Shown here: positions 53,678 to 64,000 of the stretch, piece by piece
Layout of the letters: every line of letters starts with the position of its first letter
How positions within the stretch are numbered: the stretch's first letter is position 1
Origin: Octopus vulgaris
Lineage: Eukaryota
Length of the DNA: 64,000 bases
Direction of reading: 5' to 3'
NCBI GenBank assembly: GCA_951406725.2
Contig: OX597825.1
Span: 79,732,001-79,796,000, forward strand
Translations under genes and position numbers: made by a program
Notes under the pieces: generated by a model
Databases searched by the model: none
Told to the model about the DNA's origin: nothing
The model's input: only the letters and a program-made list of their open reading frames with translations

Positions 53678-54810
53678 GGCAAAAAGTTGGCAGAATTGTT
53701 AGCATTTCAATCAAAATGCTAAGCAGAATATTCTTCTGGTCTTAAGTTCTGAGTTCAAATGTTGCTGAGATTGACTTAGCTTTTTGTCCTTTTGGGGTTG
53801 ATAAATAAGTATCAGTTGAGTACAGGGGGTTGATGCAATTAACTCCCTTCTCCCAAATTTTAGTCCTTTGCCTATTGTAGACAGGATTATTATTGTTATT
53901 ATTATTATATAATTGTTCAACATTTGGTAGTTTGAGGCAAATTTCTACTGCATCACCAGCTACACCTCCATGTTGCTGGGTGTGTGCAGCAGTGTGGGCT
54001 CTTTTCTGCGGTTGGGTGTGTGCAAACACTTCACAGTATTGTATTGTTTTAGTTATTCTTTTGCTCTTGAGGTGTTGTGCCATCTTTTGTTGTATCACTA
54101 TTTGTATTGTGTGTTGTGTAATGTGTTGGTTATTATTATTACTATTAGTAGTAGTAGTAGTGATGGCAGTAGTAGGGTAGCAAGTTGGCAGAATTGTTAG
54201 CATGCTGGATAAAATGCTTGGCGGAATTTTGCCCGTCGCTACATTCTGAGTTCAAATTCTGCTGAGGGCAAAGTTACATATCATTCTTTTGGGGGTCGAT
54301 AAAATAAATACCAGTTGAACACTGGGGTTGATGTAGTTGACTCCCCCCTCCCTCCCCCAAAATTAAGGCCCTTGTGACAAAATTTGAAATAATCATCATC
54401 ATTTTTATTATTAAGGAAGGTTGTAAGCTGGCAGAAACATCAACATGTTAGACAAAATGCTGAATAGCATTTCGTATGTCTTTAAGTTCTGAGTTCAAAT
54501 CTCACCGAGGTCAACTTTACCTTTCACCCTTTGACGGTTGACAAAGTACATACCAGCCATATACTGGAGTTGATGTAATTGATTTACTCACCCCCCAATA
54601 AAAATGGTTGGCTTTGAACTCAAAAATCTGAAACCATTATTAAAAGCTGGCACAATTGTTAGCATGCTTAGTAGCATTTCTTCTGGTTTTACATTCTGAG
54701 TTCGAATTCCACTGAGGTTGACTTTGCCTTTCATCCTTTCAAGTTAGATGAAATAAGTACCAGTTGAATACTGGGGTTGATGTAATTGACTATGCCCCTC
54801 CCACACAAAG
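53678..54810 (+). mobile_element. Cluster of four same-orientation family A SINEs in the last TPI intron
   Basis: Heads (A)GCTGGCA/AGTTGGCAGAA at ~53685, 54183, 54426 and 54645. Confidence 0.7.
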
Positions 54811-54828
54811 AAAGGATTATTTAAGTCA

Positions 54829-55047
<219 letters not shown>

Positions 55048-55309
55048 TCAAAATCTTGAAATCATCAAAAAATATCAAATAGACTAATTACTATGTCTTC
55101 ATAATTACTTTTAGACATTTCTTAATTAGACAATATTTCTGAAGAATGTATTAATATTTACTGTTTTAACACATCAAAACTAGAAATCTAAACAGAGTGT
55201 AATAATCAGTTATAATAGAATTGTTGCTACTATTCTTAGCAACAATATTATTAGAAGTAGGCATTCAAGACACAGTGAGGTAACTGACAGTAAAGCACCC
55301 ACTGCTTCG

Positions 55310-55590
55310 AGGAAAGGACAGCTATATACACAAAAGTATGATAGGAAAGACAGATATACATACAAATGTGTTGGAAAGGAAAGGCTTGCATACAAGAAGT
55401 GGGGAGGAAAGGCTTGCATACAAGATTGTCGAGGAAGGACAGTCATACACGGCAGTGTGTTGGGCTTACACATGAGTGTCTTGGGGAAGGACAGATATAC
55501 ACAGCCAGTGTGTTGGGAAGGAGATGCTTACACACAAGTGTGTTGGGAAAAACAGGTTTATACTTAAGTGTGTTATGCAAGGACAAACAG
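55310..55590. repeat. Degenerate ~28-30 bp tandem repeat (~9 units)
   Basis: AAGTGTGTTGGGAAGGACAGATATACAC-like units. Confidence 0.6.
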
Positions 55591-56436
55591 ACTCTAATGC
55601 AGAAAATATTTTCTTTAAAAAGTAAATTTTGCTTAAGAAAGGGAATGTAATTTCTCTCTTAAGAAATTATATCAACCATTTTCTTTTAACAGTAAATATT
55701 TATTTTCCTAGAAAAATCTTTTATATTGTTCTTATGAAATCCATTTTATTCTACAATTTATGAGCTGGAATATTTTCTACACATTTGTTTATGTATTGTT
55801 GGTGCAAGAATTTAACAACTTGGGGGGGGGGGGGTGACAAAGCAGCAGCTATTTACAGCTGAGCTGTAAACTGGAAACCATCATAATCAACACCATTCAA
55901 TGTCCACTGGTCCATACTTGCCTGAATCAAGACAGAATTTGTTGAGGCAAATTTATTTCGTACAGTTGACCGTCTTTCCTGTTTGTTTCCAACAAAGGTA
56001 ATATTTTTGGCATCGCCAGACAAGATTCCATAGAAGACTGGAAATGAATGACACTGCTCATATGACAGTGATGCTTGTTTACAACCATCATTTAATGTCC
56101 AGACAAAGATATACACAAACACACACAACATATGTATGCATATGTGTGTGTGTGTAGATATGATGGGCTTCTTTCAGTTTCCATTAACCAAATCCACTCA
56201 ATACTTTGATTGGTCTGAGACTATAGTAGAAAACATTAACTCAAGGCATTATGCAGTGGACTGAACCCAAGACCACATGGTTAGGAAGCAAGCTTCTTAA
56301 CCATTTAGCCATGCTGGCATCTATGATAGGAAATGTGTAATAATAAACATCCAGGGAGAACACTGGTACAAAGGCTCAAGTGGGATTTGAACTCACATCT
56401 ATGTGATGACTAGTCAATAAAGAAACCAATATCTCA

Positions 56437-56598
<162 letters not shown>

Positions 56599-57447
56599 TC
56601 ATTTCTTGCTCACAATGGTGACCATCATATAATTAAAACAAATTCACAGAGAAGGTTTTTTCAATACCAACCAGCCTAAGTTCACCCATGGTTTGATGAT
56701 AAAAACATCCTGTTTTAACTCTTTTCATACCAACCCCCCTGAAATTGTCCTTCTAACTACGATACAAACTTTGTTTTAAAGTGATCTAAATTGAAGCTTT
56801 CCATCAAATTTTCATGTTCATTTATGATTTAATTACAAAGCTGTTTTACTAAGTTCTCTGGAAATATAATAAGAAATGGTTTAACCCTTTAGTGTTCACA
56901 TTATTCTGCCAAAATGAATGCCTTTTTATTCATATTGTTTTGAACTAATCATGCATTATCTTTTGGCTATGAGATTTTGATGAGATATAAGTTTTATAAT
57001 TTTTAGAATGATATTGTAGGGTTGGTGTGAGAGACCAGATCTGGCCAGGTTGAACGTAAAACAGGCAGGATACTTTGGAGCACTGCCTTTAGTCGAGCAA
57101 ATCGACCCCAGGACTTATTCTTTGGAAGCCTAGTACTTATTCTATTGGTCTCTTTTGCTGAACCGCTAAGTTACAGGGATGTAAACACACTGGCACACAA
57201 ACATATATATATATATATATATTTTTCTAGAATATTTTTGCTACCCTTATATATATTAATATATATCTATATATATACATATGTACGACGTGCTTCTTTC
57301 AGTTTCCGTCAAACAAATCCACTCACAAGGCTTTGGTCGGCCCAAGGCTATAGTAGAAGACACTTGCCCAAGGTGCCACGCTGTGGGACTGAACCCGGAA
57401 CCATGTGGTTGGTAAGCAAGCTACTTACTACACAACCACTCCTACTA

Positions 57448-57600
<153 letters not shown>

Positions 57601-57920
57601 TTAATCAATTAACGGTTTTTAATTGATTACACTCACACAATATCTTGTTGGTATTTATTTGTTAATATAAAAAAATCCATAAAAAGAAACCTGTTACAAG
57701 GATGACTTTGTGGTTAAATAACTTGTTTTGCACCTGCAGGTAACTAGATTTGATGCTATAGTGCACATCTTGTGAAAGGAGTGTACAGTAAAGGGGTGTG
57801 AGGCTTTATAGAAAGACACCCTGGGAAAGTGCCTTTTTCTAAAGCCTCACCATGAGCAACATCTTGTGGGAGTAAATTTGTACAAAGAAACTGCATTGAA
57901 GCCTGTTGTATGTAAGTGTA

Positions 57921-57955
<35 letters not shown>

Positions 57956-58923
57956 ATACATGCTTTGAGGGTTTTCTCAGATTGAGTGTGTGTGCAGACA
58001 TGCTTTTGAGAGTTTCCTCAAACACCTTACGACCCCCATTTTTATCTCTCATTTCAGGACCACCACATTTACTCCCACCTAACACCATATAATGTAGGGC
58101 AGCCACATATCTTTTCAACAACAACAAACCTATTCCTGTCCCTTCTTTCATGCCTTTACCTCTCAACATCTCTCATAAAGGCAACCCTCTGCTGAGGGGA
58201 GCTTTTCAGTCTTGAGTTACATAGAGACTTTACCAATGCTGGTGCCATGAAAAAAGCATCCAGTGTATGCTTTAAATTGGTTGGTATTGTGAAGGAATCA
58301 TAGAAACCATGCCAAAACTGAGAGACTGGAGCAAGACATGCTTCTTTGATCTGTTGGATACTGTTCAACAACACAAACCATATTGGCATGGAAGACAGTA
58401 AAAATCATATATGTGGATGTGTGATGAAAAAGCTTGCTTTCCAAGCATGTGGTCTTGAGTTCAGTTCCACTGTGCAGACCTTGGTCAAAGGTCTTCTGCT
58501 ATAGCCACAGGTCCACCAATACCTTGTGAATGGATGTGGTGGACAGAAACTGAAGGACGCCTGTCATATACATATATATAAATATACATATACGTATATA
58601 TGTATGTATGTAAATATGTTTATATATATGTATGTGTGTGTGTGTTTCAATATCAAGGAATGATTGTAAACAAGCATTATCATCATAGAAGTGATGCTGT
58701 TCATTTCCAGCCTTCTGTTAAAAACATATCCAGTCATGGGAAAATATTAATTTGCTTGGAAATAGGTGAGGATGGGAGACATGAAATGACAACCAGCTCT
58801 AGGAAATCTGCCACAACAAATCCTATCTGACCCTTGCTAGAATGGAAAATTTGATACAAAACAATGATCACAATCATGCATGATACATGTATATATATCA
58901 TCATCATCATCGTCTAAAGTCTG

Positions 58924-58960
<37 letters not shown>

Positions 58961-59409
58961 ATATGGATATGCTCTGTTGTCTGTTTATTTTTTCTATATG
59001 TTCTTTGCACTGATACCATTTGGACAATGGTGATGCTATGTTTGTCTCCTGTAAACAGTACAGCCTGTAGCTTAGTGGTTTTCATTGGTTGATTCAAGGT
59101 GTGAAAGACCAGTGGAACACATATACTTCATTTGAATCCAGCAATAGAATGATGCCTTAAGTCTCTTTCAACCCATACCAACATGGAAAAACTGCTGATG
59201 ATGAGGATGAAGATGAATGGTGATGATAATGATTATGATGATGAATGATGATGGTGGTGATGATGATAATATTGTTGAAATGTGGTTAAAGGGATTGAAG
59301 AATCTGGCAGAGTAAATTTTGAGTGTTAATATTTGAAAATTTCCAAATAATGTTATGGACAATTTTGCAGTTTTTTAAAAAAAGAAATTCTTGGAAGTTT
59401 TAATTCTAC

Positions 59410-59533
59410 CTTATATCTCCAGTAAATGCACCAGAAGGCACTTTGAAGCAGTTCTGAGCAGCAACTCCAATGTTACCCTTCAGCTTGCTACGGACATATT
59501 CCAGATAGCAACTAGGTGGACCAACAACAACTT
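59410..59533 (-). CDS. TPI1: Triosephosphate isomerase exon 2 (exon 1 not found in window)
   Basis: (E)[40 protein letters not shown](S) |gtag. Confidence 0.95.
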
Positions 59534-60582
59534 CTGCAAGGGGAGAAAAAAAAAAAAGACAAAAAAAGAATCAGTAAATTTATTTTCAAACTCATTTTAA
59601 AATTAATCAAAAATTTACAATAATAGAACTTAACAGAAAATTATAAGCTACAACAAGACAGCTTAATTTTCCTAATTATTTTTTTCATTTGAGAGTTTAT
59701 AGAAAATTTTCCAAAACTTCAAAATTGTATTACATGAAAAGCACCCAGTACACTCTGTAAAGTGGTTGGTGTTAGGAAGGGCATCTGATTGTAGAAACCA
59801 TGCCAAAACAGACAATTAGAAGCCTGGTACAGTTCTCCAGCTTGCCAGCTCATGTCACACTGTCCAACTCATGCCAGCATGGAAAATGGACGTTAAATGA
59901 TGATGATTTTTGAAGAAAACAAAATGCATATATTGTAAAGTTTCCAAATTTGTAATTACATTTAATAGAAGGCAAACATCAAAACTATCACATGGTGAGG
60001 TATTTTATTTGGTACAATGTTAAGAAAACATTAGAATAAGGTTGATCTTTCTTGACTTTTTCTTATTTAAATATAAGATAAAACACACATACACATACAA
60101 AGCTGCTAATACTGATCTGATAACATTTAAACTTTCTTTATGACCTAGAAATTGTCATTTTTTACTGACAAAGTACAAGCACCATTTTGCAAAATTTAAA
60201 ATGGAGTCAAAACTCATTTCTACTATCTTATACTTGCGAAATAAACTGAGAAAGGAGACTTTAAGTGGGTGCTCAATGTGCTAGAAATAGCAGCCAAATG
60301 CTCATCATATCACACATCTATTACTATCTTTAAAAAACAAAGGATACATCAAATAAGGTGGTCCTAAATATACCAATAATGAAAAAAAAAAAGGTAGAAA
60401 TAGAATGTCTCTGATAACACATTTGTTTGAATTAAGACAAGTCTGATGTTAATAAAAACAATACAAAACAAAAAGAACTGTATTGGGATTTAAATCACTG
60501 AATTAGACACAGTTAAACATTCATCTACCCTGATTTCTCTGCTTACTATGGATACCATAGAACATCTGTCTACCCTGCTATT

Positions 60583-61073
60583 ACATAAACAATTACAGGT
60601 ATATCAAGTACCATACAAAAACAATTCTTGATTTATAAAAATGATCTCCCTCTCTATAGGATGTATCACAATTACCAAATGACGATTAAGACCAGTTCCA
60701 CTTGGGGAGGGGATTAGCCAGAGATAGTAATGGATATGTGCTTCTGGTTTAATAGCCTCCATTAGCACCAGCCTGATCCGCAGTAGCCAAAGGACTTGGA
60801 CTTATACAAGAAGAGTAGAGGATAATTTTTGGGCTGATGATGCTTACTGAGGCAGAAACATGTACCCATAACTTTCTGCTTACCTCCAAACAAAAAGCTT
60901 GTATTTTTTCTTAATGTCATGTCACTTTTGGAGATATTCTTGATTCATGAAATTATCTCCACTTCTCAAGTGGGACTGGTCTTAATTGTGATTTGATAAC
61001 AATACACCTCTAAAGACAAGAGATAATTTTAATAAAGTTGTATCGTATCTTAATAAGCCTGTATTTGTTTATG
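60583..61073. mobile_element. Old inverted-repeat element enclosing a hammerhead
   Basis: Diverged arms ~60583-60707 and 60967-61073 (e.g. ATTAAGACCAGTTCCACTTG / CAAGTGGGACTGGTCTTAAT). Confidence 0.55.
60830..60868 (+). ncRNA. Minimal type-I hammerhead ribozyme motif (fully canonical)
   Basis: TGGG-CTGATGA-TGCTT(actg)AGGCA-GAAA-CATG-TA-CCCA. Confidence 0.8.
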
Positions 61074-61197
61074 TTGTTCACATACATGCCACTGGCTACT
61101 CTGCTTTCCTCACTTTCTTTAGAGACAGAACCACACAGCCACCCAGCTTCCATAGAAACCTCAAAACATCATCTGTCTCCCCTGCAAGCCCTACCAA

Positions 61198-61642
61198 TCT
61201 CTCGCTATATAAACGGCAGTTTGTCTGTGAGGTTGTACCCTCACCCTGACCACGGCTTTCAACCGATTCTGATGAAACTTGACACACACATAGCACAATG
61301 TCATAACTCAAAACTAATGCAGCGAAAATTTTGAAAAGTTCCCCCAGTTCTGAAAAAATCGATAAATTCGACATGGGGTCGAGAATCTAAGCTTTTTATA
61401 TGCAACACATTTTCTGGGCTGTACATGAGCTGTTCACGCGTTGGGAGGCGCAATGATGTTTTCATGTTTTCGCCCAAAGGGACAGCTAGGAACATCATAT
61501 ACACAGAAGTATTCGAGTGAAGAGAAGACATTGCAACCTACACATGCGCCTTCGTTCCCTAGAGGGAAAGGACTAGATTGGGATTAGTCGTTGCCTACTA
61601 GGGGCTCTTACATACCCGGGCAACGCCGGGCTATGCTGCTAG
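61198..61642 (+). mobile_element. Non-autonomous Helitron
   Basis: A|TCTCTCGCTATATAAA 5' end; 3' GC hairpin CCCGGGCAACGCCGGG, then CTAG|T. Confidence 0.8.
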
Positions 61643-61956
61643 TCAAAAATACCACAGAACATCCAGCTGTCCATTCATACTACAGACACGGAATACCGCA
61701 GATTAAATACACCCTAATATTTTCATCATCATTCTTATTTAATGTTTGCCTTCCATGATGGCATGGGTTGGACAGTTTGACAGGAACTGGCAAGCCAGAG
61801 GACTGTACCAAGAGAGATGGATAGATAGACACACAGACAGATGGATGAATAAAAAGCATCGTTTGTAAATCTAAATATACTTCCACGAAATCAATAATAG
61901 GAACTTCGATTAGACGGCATAACTACAGAGAAGTGCATAACTGATTTCATTTCCGC

Positions 61957-62400
61957 ATAACTTATCTGAAAGATGCATATTTTTAGATGAAACTTTGTAG
62001 AGGTGAGTTTTCGAGGATGTAGATTACGATTATGTTGATAACATTAATATTTTATTTGGGGAATTTAGATTATTTTCCCCCGTCTCGACTTTGTTATCTT
62101 GCGGCTCTCTTTAAAATACATTCTTTTAAATGACATTTTACATTTTCGAGGGGGTAGATTACGTAATGTTGGTGTTTTAAACGTAAATCTGAAAAACAGA
62201 AACGTGAAAAAAACGCTAAAATTATGAAAAATTAGTGATATGTTGGGGATGGGATGGAATAAATGATTAAAGACTCGTAAAAAAAATTTCATTTTTCGCA
62301 TTTTTTTAAATCAACATAATCGTAAAATACACCCTTGAAAACGAATCGCTGTAAAATTTCCTTAGAAAGAAAGAAAATATACATTTTCCATAAAGTTATG
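61957..62400. mobile_element. Decayed DNA-transposon MITE with ~80-bp inverted repeats
   Basis: TTACGATTATGTTGAT / ATCAACATAATCGTAA and flanking matches. Confidence 0.5.
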
Positions 62401-64000
62401 AAAGAACAAAATTGGTGGGGTACTAATGTGTAGACATGCCAACGATTAATAGCATTCAACAGCTTTAGACTGGTTATAATTACATTTTTTTTTAGACAAG
62501 ATGAATATAAGGTATTTTTTCGATATTTCTATAAATAAAAGCATACAAAACTTAATTATAGTGGTTGGGTTATTCGAAAGAATCTATCAGGCAGTCTGTT
62601 GAAGAGTTAAAGCGTACTTTTAAATAACTAAATGTCCTTGAGAAAAGCATGCACGCCATACCATCTCATTTTCCCGATTCACCTTATTTCTATAAAGGGT
62701 TAATTATGATTAGCAAATAATTGGACTGGGGAAAGATTATTATCGACAAGGTAATTAGTTTTACAGAGCCTCGCAGAGTTTTGGAATCGCTCTCCTTCGA
62801 AGTCTCATACTTCGTGGAAGGGTAACGGAGTTTTTCCCCTTTCGCTTTATCGTACTTTTTTCTCGTTTGTGTTTCATATCACGAAAATTAAGATATTAAG
62901 ATTCTGAAAAAAATTTCTTTCTATTTTCATATATTTGTTCCTCTCTTGGATACCCTTTTCTTTTCTTTAAAACCGGTCGAAACCCTTCTCATAGTGAATA
63001 CTACTACTACTACTCATATATCAAGGTAAAACGATGTTGCCACCACACTACGCCTCCTTCCACTGCAACTAAATTAATGAGTTGCATACCACTTCCATTC
63101 AAGGCCATCCCATATACCCGTTTCTCCTCCACCTCTTATCATCCTTACTTTCTGTCTGTCTGTCTGCTTATCTCCACCCCACCCCCACCCAACGCATATA
63201 CCTTCATAATTTCATAACTATTTCTTCACAGAAATGCATCTCGCTGACATTTCCTTTTCGCCAAAATTTCTTTCCTACTCTATGTTCAAGTAGGTCAAGG
63301 TCGCATTTACAAAAGGTCGAGGGCGTCGCTCCCCACGCCCTGAATAATAATGGTTTCATATTTTAGCACATGGCCAGCAATTCAACCACTGTGTTCAACT
63401 GGTACTTATTTGACCCCAGAACGTAACGAATCCGAAGATATATTGCAAAGCATTTTGCCTAAATACTCTTACCATTCGGCTTTATAATAATAATAATCTT
63501 TCCTTAAAACACAGACAGGTCATATGGCGAGTAGGCAGAATGGTTGGTATCCCGGACAAAATGCTTAGCAGCATTTCGTCCGTCTTTAAGTACTGCCGAC
63601 GTTGACTTAGTTTTTCAATCCTTTACCAGTTGAGAAATGAAGTCGAAGTAATCGACTATCTCCCTCCCCGAGAATTTCCGACCCTGTACCTATAAGAGAA
63701 AAGATTATTATTAAGAATGAAAGCGCACAGCCTTCTCAACCAAAGATGAAGAATTACCGAATGAATAAAAATAATTTTTTTTTAAAATTCTTACATTGGC
63801 TGATTTCCCTGTGTATTATTAAAAATTTATTTAGATTATATTCAATTATTTAAAAGAATAAAAAATAAAATACAGGAAAAAAGTAGAAATGGCCGAGAGA
63901 GAGAGAGAGAAGAGGAAATTAAACTAGACAGTTTCTTTAGTAAATATTTACTGGTCATTATATGAAATGGGGTAGATAATTGCAGAGTGTGCCAATTATT

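Noticed and set aside
59534-64000. Search for TPI exon 1 (GGNWKMNG)
   Set aside because: Not found by eye; presumed beyond the window end.

Overview
AT-rich eukaryotic genomic DNA, dense in microsatellites and SINEs. The SINE families and simple-repeat content suggest an Octopus (cephalopod) genome; this is an inference. Four intron-containing genes were traced by hand: (1) the last exon of a beta-lactamase-family/DUF3471-like protein (+, 915-1474); (2) a complete 6-exon BTB-BACK-Kelch gene, KLHL10-like (+, 4814-22253, ~614 aa); (3) a complete 8-coding-exon TIPIN/Swi3 gene (-, 44895-29565, ~596 aa) with a C-terminal 17-aa x13 repeat and E2F sites upstream; (4) triosephosphate isomerase exons 2-6 (-, 59533-52703), with exon 1 outside the window. 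Almost all other ORFs in the track are microsatellite or SINE artefacts. The most striking unexplained structure is a set of unrelated small non-coding elements that carry minimal type-I hammerhead ribozyme motifs (CUGANGA..GAAA..palindromic stem III..GUH). Most sit in (TA)n tracts and many are folded back into 130-215 bp hairpins, an architecture like Penelope-like-element pseudo-LTRs. One is a tRNA-headed SINE fused to a hammerhead tail and flanked by an 11-bp TSD.
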